IMG/VR virus record: IMGVR_UViG_3300009709_000006
Coordinates: 1-55,703 of that record
From: a virus
Length of the DNA stretch: 55,703 bases
Direction: 5' to 3' (one strand)
The notes beneath the pieces were generated by a model that was not told the origin of the DNA, searched no databases, and was given only the letters and a program-made list of their open reading frames with translations. Below, one piece after another: positions 33,659 through 41,735 of this stretch; position 1 is the first letter of the stretch; every line of letters starts with the position of its first letter. The position numbers and the translations under genes are program-made.

Positions 33659-35139
33659 TGGGATCAAGCTTTATTCCGTTGGCCATTCCGCCTGGCGTCA
33701 AGAATGTAGGAACTCCGTACAGTTCAAAGGGACGCTGGTATCTGACGAGCTTGGTTCGTTGGCGCGATGGCGACATGCGGCCCGTGGGTGGGTGGACGCC
33801 TCGTGGGCCTGCCGGTATTTCAGGCATGGGCCGCTGCATTATTGTCTGGCGCGACAACGCCAATAATATTTGGGTCGCGGTCGGAAGCGAGCAGGGCCTT
33901 TACGTTCAAGCTCGAAGCGGCGTCTCATCCACAATCACGCCGTTTGGCTATACGGTCGGACAGCAAAATGCCGCCCTGTCAGCCGGTTATGGATACGGTT
34001 TTTACGGCGCTGGTCTCTATGGCGAAAGCCCGCCTGCGGACAATGAACTCCAAGACTGCACCACCTGGGCGCTCGACACCTTTGGCCCGTATCTGATCGG
34101 CGTGGCCTCGACCGACAATTATATCTATGAGTGGCAGCTTAATATCGCGACTCCAGCCGCAAAAATCACCAATGCGCCGACCTGCTATTCGTTAGTCGTC
34201 ACGGCAGATCACATCATCATGGCCCTTGGGGCGAATGGCGACCCTCGCCAAGTCGCGTGGTGCGACCAGGCCGACAATACGCAGTGGACAGCATCCAACA
34301 CGAACACGGCCGGCTCGAATGAGCTCAGCACAAGTGGTCGGCTGATGTGCGGCAAGAACATTCTGGGGGGCACGCTTCTTTGGACGGACGCCGACCTCTG
34401 GATCGCGATCAACTCGCAAAACCAGCTCATTTACGCGTTCACGAAGGTCGGAGATGCGTGCGGAATTATCTCGCGTCTCGCGGCCGTCACTTTGGGCGCG
34501 CGAGCGATCTGGATGGGCGAAAATAGCTTTTATAGCTACAATGGCGCCATCGTCGAGCCGCTTGACTGCGAAGTCGCCGATTACGTGTTCTCAAACATCA
34601 ACCTTGACCAAAAATCCAAGGTTTCCGCTTTCAGCAATTCGCTCTTCAATGAGATTTGGTGGCTGTATCAGTCCAATGCTGGAACGGAAATTGATAGCTA
34701 CGTCTATTATGACTACCAGCAAAACATCTGGGGCTTTGGCAGCTTGCCAAGGGTTTCGGGGTTTGATCGAGGCGTCCTGAACTATCCCATTATGGTGGGG
34801 GAAAACGGCGTTATCTACGAACACGAAACGGGGTTTTTATGGGACGAGCAATTTCCCTTCGCGACGTCAGGACCGGTGGAAATCGGAAACGGCGATAATG
34901 TCGCCTGCGTCAAGGGCCTGATCCCCGACAACATCCCATTGGGGGATTTGAACGTGTCGTTTTCGGCTCAGATGTATCCGAGCGCCGAAGCAACGCCCTT
35001 TGGACCCTACACGCTGGCGCCCAAGACGGACTTCCTTTTCAACGCCCGCCAAGCCCAGATCGAAGTCTCCACGACGTCGAATGAGGATTTTCGGTTTGGA
35101 ACCTATCGGTTGATCACCGCGCCAGGGAGTAAGCGATGA
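33658..35139 (+). CDS. Putative tail tubular/nozzle protein
   Basis: Size and position. N-terminus IPLAIPPGVKNVGTPYSSKGRWYLTSLVRWRDGDMRPVGGW. Confidence 0.4.
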   Translation: MGSSFIPLAIPPGVKNVGTPYSSKGRWYLTSLVRWRDGDMRPVGGWTPRGPAGISGMGRCIIVWRDNANNIWVAVGSEQGLYVQARSGVSSTITPFGYTVGQQNAALSAGYGYGFYGAGLYGESPPADNELQDCTTWALDTFGPYLIGVASTDNYIYEWQLNIATPAAKITNAPTCYSLVVTADHIIMALGANGDPRQVAWCDQADNTQWTASNTNTAGSNELSTSGRLMCGKNILGGTLLWTDADLWIAINSQNQLIYAFTKVGDACGIISRLAAVTLGARAIWMGENSFYSYNGAIVEPLDCEVADYVFSNINLDQKSKVSAFSNSLFNEIWWLYQSNAGTEIDSYVYYDYQQNIWGFGSLPRVSGFDRGVLNYPIMVGENGVIYEHETGFLWDEQFPFATSGPVEIGNGDNVACVKGLIPDNIPLGDLNVSFSAQMYPSAEATPFGPYTLAPKTDFLFNARQAQIEVSTTSNEDFRFGTYRLITAPGSKR

Positions 35140-35348
35140 GCCTTCAGCTTCCCGCCGCTCCAGCGACCTATGATCAAGCCAACGAAACCCGCACCCGCGC
35201 CCAGCTTCTCCAGGCCGATCGGTTTAACCGAAAGACCGGGCAGAACGTGGATATGAAGGGCGCCGCGCTTTACCTCTACGACTCAACGGGCAAGCGCTAC
35301 ATCGTTGGGGTTTCGACGGCTGGCGCGCTGACTGTCACGGCAGCCTAG
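35136..35348 (+). CDS. Hypothetical virion-module protein
   Basis: ORF track. ATGA overlap. Confidence 0.5.
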   Translation: MSLQLPAAPATYDQANETRTRAQLLQADRFNRKTGQNVDMKGAALYLYDSTGKRYIVGVSTAGALTVTAA

Positions 35349-35350
35349 AC

Positions 35351-35554
35351 ATGAACCTTTCGGTTCACGACCCCAAACTTCAAGAAGCGGGAATTGCTAT
35401 AGAAATCACCGGAAATCACGCGACACTCACCCTTAAAACGGGAATGACCGTGGCGGTATATACAGATGGTCAAACGCTTATGTTTTTGCCCGAGCGTTCG
35501 GTGGGCCAAAGGTATGCTTTAGCCCATATGGGATTGCGGGATTTCAGTTCGTGA
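35351..35554 (+). CDS. Hypothetical protein
   Basis: ORF track. Confidence 0.45.
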   Translation: MNLSVHDPKLQEAGIAIEITGNHATLTLKTGMTVAVYTDGQTLMFLPERSVGQRYALAHMGLRDFSS

Positions 35555-35931
35555 CAGATCGATTTGAGACTGAGTGGGCGCGGTGTTCGCCTTGGATAGA
35601 ATCCGCACTGGTTTATGCAAGGGGAACGCATAGCATCGACGACGTCAAGGCGGCCGTTATCGCCAACAAGGCTTGGTTCTGGCCTGGCGAGCGATCTGCG
35701 GCCGTTACTGAAATCAGGACGTATCCACAGTTCAAAGAGTTTCATATCTGGCTTGTCGGCGGCGAGTTGGACGAACTCGTTCACAAAATGCTTCCCGTGG
35801 GGGAGGCATATGGACGCGCGGCTGGGTGTACAAGAGCGACTTTCGCCGGTCGCCCAGGTTGGGGTCGGGTATGTCGATCAATTGGCTATGAGCCGCTTTG
35901 GAATGTCTGCATGAAGGAGTTTTCGGCATGA
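35551..35931 (+). CDS. Hypothetical protein (possibly GNAT-like; tentative)
   Basis: ORF track. GTG start. Confidence 0.45.
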   Translation: MTDRFETEWARCSPWIESALVYARGTHSIDDVKAAVIANKAWFWPGERSAAVTEIRTYPQFKEFHIWLVGGELDELVHKMLPVGEAYGRAAGCTRATFAGRPGWGRVCRSIGYEPLWNVCMKEFSA

Positions 35932-36479
35932 GTGGCGGCGGCTCTTCGTCCAATTCCCAACAGCAATCGCAGGAGACGTCCGCGATCAATCCGCAGGTGC
36001 TCTCGGACGTGCTGGGAAATTATTCCAATGCGCAATCCGGCATCGGATCTTCGACCTACAGCCCCCTAACGGCTGGGCAGATTTCTACCTACGAAAACCC
36101 ATATCAGTCCGATGTCGTCAACAGCACAATGGCGGCGCTTCAGAACCAAAATCAGCAGCAGACGAGCCAGAATGGACTGGCTGCCGGCGCGTCAGGCGAC
36201 TATAATTCAAACCGCCTGGGCGTTCAAAACGCTTTAACAAACCAGCTTTATAGCCAAACGGCTGCACAAACGCTGTCTCAACTTGAAAACCAAGATTATA
36301 ATCAGGCATCTTCGACAGCGCAGACTGAAAATACGGCAGAAAACCAATATCCATTGGCCATTCAAGCGCTGCTAAACCAAACTCTTGGGCTCGGCACCGC
36401 CAATCAGAGCCAAGGCACAAGCAGCGGAAGCGGAAGTTCGTCGAGCTACAACGCCAATTTTAGTCCGTTTTTCGACTAG
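35928..36479 (+). CDS. Gln/Asn/Ser-rich internal virion (ejection) protein candidate
   Basis: The ATG at 35928 overlaps the upstream stop. Low-complexity Q/N/S composition. It precedes two large ejection-type proteins. Confidence 0.5.
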   Translation: MSGGGSSSNSQQQSQETSAINPQVLSDVLGNYSNAQSGIGSSTYSPLTAGQISTYENPYQSDVVNSTMAALQNQNQQQTSQNGLAAGASGDYNSNRLGVQNALTNQLYSQTAAQTLSQLENQDYNQASSTAQTENTAENQYPLAIQALLNQTLGLGTANQSQGTSSGSGSSSSYNANFSPFFD

Positions 36480-36487
36480 GGGTCGCC

Positions 36488-38629
36488 ATGACAGATGTCG
36501 CGCCCTCGGGCGGCTATTCGCCGACTGGATGGTTTGGTTTGAACGGATCGGCTGGCGCCTTTCCTGATATCGCCAAAGGAACGGGCTCTCCCGTCCTGGA
36601 CGCAATGATCGCGGGATTTCAAAGCGGCGCCCCCCAAAACGGCGCTCCGCCATCGCCGTCGCCGAATTCGCCGAGCGCCGCGCCTTTTGATGCGAACGCC
36701 GACGCCGGCGCCTATGCGAATTTGCCCAGCGCTCAGCAGGCCGCTTTTTGGTCGGGCAATCCTCAAGGCGCACCAGCGGCGCCCGCCAACGCCGCGCCGC
36801 TTGCGCCTGCAATGGCGAGCGCGCCTCCCATGGCAAACCAAGCGCAACCGCAGCTGGTTTCGCCGCAGGCCGGTGCGCCGATCAACAATGGCGCGCAGCC
36901 TATGGGATTGCCTCCAGTGCCCCAGTGGAGCGGCCCCACGGGCGCGGCTGCGGGGCTAGACACGTTTTTTACGCATGGCCGCTTTCGGGCTCAGGCTGAC
37001 GATCAATACGCGCGCCAGCTTCAGGCCTACAGCGTCGCCTTACAGCGCGCCCAATTCCAGCGCGCGGCGTCCTACGTCGATCAAACAGTCACTGATCCGC
37101 AGCAACGCGCTGTCGCCATGGCCGATCCGGTTGGATACGTGTCGAAGATTGAGGAGGCGACCGGCCAAAGGATGCTGCCCTACACCCTAAAGCAGGGTGA
37201 GGAGCGCGGCCAAGGCCAGGGGGGCGGTCCTGCGGACTACAATCCGCTTTTTGATACGTCCAGCGGTCGCTTTGTGGCCCCAGGCGGCCCCACAGGCATG
37301 ATGGCTTCGGCTGGCGTTGGCGGAGACGTGAAGGTCGATCCGACGACGGGCGCAGTCGTCAGTTCCCGTACAGGCGTGGCGGGGTTTGTGCCGGTTCCGC
37401 AAAAGGTCGCTCCCGGCGAAAGCCTGGACGCTTACAACGGCGCTGGCGCTGGCGCCGGCGGAATGTCGCCGGTAGGCGTTCCTGGCCAAATGGGCCTCGC
37501 ACCCATTCCCGGCCAAAACGCAACGCCGCCCCTTGGGACGACGCGGGGCGACCGCAACCTCAACCCGACCAACCTGAAGCCGCCATCGGGGCCGCAGTTC
37601 AACGGAACAGCCGGCGTCGATCCGAACGGCTACCTTAAATTCGACAGCGTCCAAAGCGGCATTCGTGCGGCTGATCTGAACCTTCAGTCCTACGCCAAGC
37701 AGGGCGTCAACACACCTCAGGCCATCGCCCAGCGCTGGGCGCCGAACGCGCCGCCTTCCTATGCGGCGGGAATCGCGAGCGCGGCCGGCGTTGCTCCTGA
37801 TCAGCCTGTAGACCTAACCAATCCCGCCGTTCGCCAAAAGGTGCTGCAGGGCATCATAGCGGGCGAAGGGACCATGCGGGGCGTTGGTGGCGCATCAGGC
37901 GCTCAACCGGGCGCCGTCGCGCCTCAGGGCGGTTCTGGCGCCCCTACAATCACGCCCTTGGTACAAGGCCGCGGGTATAGCGCGCCGCAAACTGTAATGG
38001 GCTCGGATGGCAAGCCGCTACCAGGTCAGTACGTGATCGCGCCAGATGGCAAACCCACACACATCGACGGCACGGGGATGACGCCTTCGGACGCCCTGTC
38101 CATGGGCAAGAGCGTTCGGGACGATAAAAGCTACACGGAAGCGCAGGAATCAAACGCGGCCTATAGCGCTATGATCAACCTCGCTCAACAGCCGCAAGGC
38201 GGTATGCGAGCTTACGCTTTGCGCGACACGTTCGCCCGCACGATCAATCCAGGCGCCGTCGCTCGGGCCGGGACGATCGAAGCGATCAAAAATTCCCAAG
38301 GCGTTCCCGAAAACATCAAGGCCTACTTCATGAACCTCAAGGGCGATGGAGATGTACCGCCCAAGATCGTTCAGCAAATCCTTGATGCCGCCCAGCCGTT
38401 CGCGGCGTCTCATTGGCAGGAAGCGAACGCTCTAAACCAGCGATACGCAGCGGTTGCCCAGCGTAATGGCCTTGACCCCGATTTGGCGACGGCTCCGCTT
38501 TCCGACAAGCCGAAACGCTTCAGTATGTCCGTTGGAAAGGCGCTTCCCGATCAAGGCGACGTGGTCAAGGGTTATAGGTTCTTGGGCGGCGATCCGTCTA
38601 AGCCGCAAAGCTGGGTGAAGGCTCAATGA
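36488..38629 (+). CDS. Large internal virion/ejection protein
   Basis: 713 aa. Pro/Ala-rich N-terminus and a central RGDRNLNPTNLK...F.SVQSGIRAADLNLQSY domain seen in phage virion proteins (from memory). Confidence 0.55.
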   Translation: MTDVAPSGGYSPTGWFGLNGSAGAFPDIAKGTGSPVLDAMIAGFQSGAPQNGAPPSPSPNSPSAAPFDANADAGAYANLPSAQQAAFWSGNPQGAPAAPANAAPLAPAMASAPPMANQAQPQLVSPQAGAPINNGAQPMGLPPVPQWSGPTGAAAGLDTFFTHGRFRAQADDQYARQLQAYSVALQRAQFQRAASYVDQTVTDPQQRAVAMADPVGYVSKIEEATGQRMLPYTLKQGEERGQGQGGGPADYNPLFDTSSGRFVAPGGPTGMMASAGVGGDVKVDPTTGAVVSSRTGVAGFVPVPQKVAPGESLDAYNGAGAGAGGMSPVGVPGQMGLAPIPGQNATPPLGTTRGDRNLNPTNLKPPSGPQFNGTAGVDPNGYLKFDSVQSGIRAADLNLQSYAKQGVNTPQAIAQRWAPNAPPSYAAGIASAAGVAPDQPVDLTNPAVRQKVLQGIIAGEGTMRGVGGASGAQPGAVAPQGGSGAPTITPLVQGRGYSAPQTVMGSDGKPLPGQYVIAPDGKPTHIDGTGMTPSDALSMGKSVRDDKSYTEAQESNAAYSAMINLAQQPQGGMRAYALRDTFARTINPGAVARAGTIEAIKNSQGVPENIKAYFMNLKGDGDVPPKIVQQILDAAQPFAASHWQEANALNQRYAAVAQRNGLDPDLATAPLSDKPKRFSMSVGKALPDQGDVVKGYRFLGGDPSKPQSWVKAQ

Positions 38630-40614
38630 GCGGACCTTGGGACGATTATGCGCCCCAACAACCCACAGGCCAACAAGTCGGCGCGGCGCCACAGTCTGCG
38701 CCGTCACCAACACCGGCTGATGGCGCGCCAGATACCTATCAAGGCGCGCAAAAGGTCGTCGCTTCGGACGGAACGATCGCTTATCGACGCCCGGACGGCT
38801 CGCTTTCGCTAGTTGGTAATCCTAACGGCGCGACTTCAGTCGATCCCGCAACGGGAGCTACTGAGGTTACGATAGGCGCCTCTTCAAATCCCGATGCGCT
38901 TGCGGAATATGACAAGGCGCACCCATACCAAGCGCCCGCGCCAGCCCAACCCAGCTCTGGCGTTCCCGCAGGCGCGCCACAGGACAATACGCCTCCGTGG
39001 GCCGACTATGCGCCGCAGGGCCAATCTCAGGGCGCGCCTCAGAAGGATGATCTTCTGGGTCTCCAATGGGGAATAAAGCGGCCCCTCGACAACGCTGCGG
39101 CATGGGTTGAGAGCGGATTAGATAAGTTGGGCGTTCCAGTTTCAAATACCGAGCACGCCCTTGGGTTTCAGTCTGCGCAAGACGTTCGAAACCAGGATCT
39201 TCAATACCTCAAGTCCAAGGCAGCGCAGGGCATTACGCCAGGAATTGCGGGCCAAATGGCTGGCGACGTCATCGGTACGCTCCCCACGTTGATGCTGCCT
39301 GGCGGCGCGCTTATTCAAGGCGCTGCGGCCGGCGCACTGACGTCCGACGATCAATCGCTTCCTGGTGTTGCGGCGGGAGCGGCGTTGGGTGGCATCGGCG
39401 GCAATGCCGCTGACATGCTTACGTCGGGCGTCATCAACACGGTTGCGCCGAGAATCAGCGCTGCCGCGCAGTCCCTTTTGGATCGAGGCGTTCCGCTTAC
39501 AACGGGGATGATCGCCGGCAGTAAAGGCCTGCTAGGCCGCATTGAGCAACTTGGCCAAAACGTTCCCGTAGCTGGCGAATTGATCCGCAAGCGTGGAAAT
39601 GAAGCGTTGACGGGCTTTAATTCGGCCGTAGCGAATGAGGCCCTTGCGCCTATCGGTGCGAAAGTGGCGCCGGGAACGTCTGGTCACGAACTCTACCAGA
39701 ACGCAAAACAGGCCATCGGTGATGCCTATGACGCGGTAGGCAAGGGCGCGGCCGTTCCTCTGGACGGCCAATATGCCGCCGACATGATGTCGGTTCATCA
39801 TGACGTAAACGGACTGCCAGTCGATCTCCAAAATCGTTTCAGTCGCGTTGTGAGTCGTGAGGTGACAGGTCGCGTCGATCCAACGGTTGGGGGATTTACG
39901 TCCGAAGGCATCAAGGACGCCAAGGCGGCCCTTAACAAGGAAATCGCCAAGGTCAAAAACCCAACGCTTTTCGAAGGCGACTACGCGGACGCTTTGAAGT
40001 CCACGCGCAACGCCCTCACGAGCGCCCTCGGTCGCACGAGCCCAGAAGCACAAGCTCAGCTCGCTGCCGCCGATGCCGCCTATCCTCGTTTCAAGGCATA
40101 CGAAGGCGCCGTCAAAAACTCCACGCAAAACATGACGACGCCCAACGGCTATTTCACGCCCCAGCAACTTCAGGCGGGGATTAATGCCGGCGCAACGAAC
40201 AGCCAACGCGCCGCGGCCGCAAATCCGCTTCAAGCGCTCGCCGAGGCGGGTAAGGAAATTCTTCCACGGCGCTACAAGGACGTCATCAGCCCCATGCAGG
40301 CGGCAATTGAGGGCGGCGTGGGGGCTGGCGTTATTGGCTCGGACGTTCTTGGCGGCCCTCACGCCGGCATGGCGCTAGCGGCGCCCGCTGCGGGGCTTGG
40401 GCTGCTCTATACGAAGCCAGTCCAGGACGCCCTAAGGAAGTCGCTCGTCAAATCTGCGGCCGCACGGAAAGCGCTGGAGGCGGCGCTTGGCGCGCCGTTG
40501 GAGAAATTTACGAACCCACCGGCCCGCTTGCTTGGCTCTGCGAGCACTAATGCTCTCAACGCTGCTTATCTTAATCCGCCCCTCTCGAATCAGGCGCTCG
40601 CGCCGACGCGCTGA
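38626..40614 (+). CDS. Large internal virion/ejection protein
   Basis: 662 aa. Gly/Ala-rich hydrophobic stretches. ATGA overlap with the previous gene. Confidence 0.5.
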   Translation: MSGPWDDYAPQQPTGQQVGAAPQSAPSPTPADGAPDTYQGAQKVVASDGTIAYRRPDGSLSLVGNPNGATSVDPATGATEVTIGASSNPDALAEYDKAHPYQAPAPAQPSSGVPAGAPQDNTPPWADYAPQGQSQGAPQKDDLLGLQWGIKRPLDNAAAWVESGLDKLGVPVSNTEHALGFQSAQDVRNQDLQYLKSKAAQGITPGIAGQMAGDVIGTLPTLMLPGGALIQGAAAGALTSDDQSLPGVAAGAALGGIGGNAADMLTSGVINTVAPRISAAAQSLLDRGVPLTTGMIAGSKGLLGRIEQLGQNVPVAGELIRKRGNEALTGFNSAVANEALAPIGAKVAPGTSGHELYQNAKQAIGDAYDAVGKGAAVPLDGQYAADMMSVHHDVNGLPVDLQNRFSRVVSREVTGRVDPTVGGFTSEGIKDAKAALNKEIAKVKNPTLFEGDYADALKSTRNALTSALGRTSPEAQAQLAAADAAYPRFKAYEGAVKNSTQNMTTPNGYFTPQQLQAGINAGATNSQRAAAANPLQALAEAGKEILPRRYKDVISPMQAAIEGGVGAGVIGSDVLGGPHAGMALAAPAAGLGLLYTKPVQDALRKSLVKSAAARKALEAALGAPLEKFTNPPARLLGSASTNALNAAYLNPPLSNQALAPTR

Positions 40615-40682
40615 CCAAGCCCGCAAGCAGGCGCCGATCGTTCCTTGCGCAGCCCCGACAAACAGTATCTCGCCCCAGTTGT

Positions 40683-41030
40683 TCATCTGGGACTTGTCGG
40701 AACTGACGCTGGAGCGGTGGGCGCTGGAACACAAAGCTGAATCACGCGGGCGGCCAAGTCGAGATCGCCAGCCTTTAGCGCTACCTGCCTAGCGTCCTCG
40801 CATTTTCCATCGGCAATTAAGCGTCCAACTGTCTTTTTTCGTTCTCGATCCGCCAAAACCACCCAAAACGGTTTTCCGCCTCCACCAGCCGAATAACAGG
40901 TAGAGCCGGTAGCCGGCATCATCGGATTGTTTGGGTAGCATTGAGTTTGCGCAACGGCGCCGTGCGCAGTGCAAAAAGCGACAAAGCCGCCAATCATCGC
41001 GCGTGCTGATTTTTTCATTTCCAATTCCAT
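40683..41030 (-). CDS. Secreted small protein (minus-strand moron)
   Basis: The ATG at 41030 (or 41018) gives MELEMKKSARAMIGGFVAFCTAHGAVAQ, a signal peptide. A GGGAG SD lies upstream. Confidence 0.55.
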   Translation of the reverse strand: MELEMKKSARAMIGGFVAFCTAHGAVAQTQCYPNNPMMPATGSTCYSAGGGGKPFWVVLADRERKKTVGRLIADGKCEDARQVALKAGDLDLAARVIQLCVPAPTAPASVPTSPR

Positions 41031-41053
41031 AACCCAAAACTCCCGGAGGCGCC

Positions 41054-41731
41054 ATGTCGTGCGGATCAACGCTGCGCGCCCGAAGGAATGCTGACTTTCA
41101 GCGTGTCTACCAGTTCTATTTCCAGGGGATAGTCCTTCCGCTCACGGGCTACGGGGCCACGTTCAACGTCTACACCGCGCCCGGCACATCCCCGATCCTT
41201 ACGGTGATGACGACGCCTTCTGGAAATGGGTCAGCGATCACATTTACCGACGCAAGCGGATATTTCGAAGTTTATATCGCCAAGGCTGATGTTGCGGCGC
41301 TTCCGACGAACCCCACAAGCAGCCTACCAAATCAGCTTTTCTACGATCTGCTTTTAGAGAACGCCGACGATGTGACGGGCTGTCTGGTCGCGGGTTCGTT
41401 CATTGTCTACCCGTCCGGCTACGGCAATGAGTGTGACGATCAAGAACAGATTGATTTCGACCTTGGCCTTAGCTCAATCCAAATTCAGGTCTACAGCGGC
41501 CTTTCATATATCGACGCCCAAAACGCCGTAACAAGCATATCGGATGCCGAAGCGCTTTTGGCTGAAGTTCAGGCCTTGGTGCTTTCGATTGGCGGCGCCG
41601 GCGCTTTGGCCGGCAAGATGAATGTTGATCTCAGCAATCTTGAGACGTCATCGGTCGAGTCGTCTACCTGGAACGCGATCGGCGCGAACCTGCTGTCTAC
41701 ATCCTCGCTTCCCGGCGTTCTGACGGAATAG
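41054..41731 (+). CDS. Tail fibre-associated protein
   Basis: ORF track. Its position is directly before the fibre gene. Confidence 0.5.
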   Translation: MSCGSTLRARRNADFQRVYQFYFQGIVLPLTGYGATFNVYTAPGTSPILTVMTTPSGNGSAITFTDASGYFEVYIAKADVAALPTNPTSSLPNQLFYDLLLENADDVTGCLVAGSFIVYPSGYGNECDDQEQIDFDLGLSSIQIQVYSGLSYIDAQNAVTSISDAEALLAEVQALVLSIGGAGALAGKMNVDLSNLETSSVESSTWNAIGANLLSTSSLPGVLTE

Positions 41732-41735
41732 CCCT

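Noticed and set aside
39532-40362. 276-aa minus-strand ORF inside the ejection-protein gene
   Set aside because: It is an antisense shadow ORF in GC-rich coding DNA.
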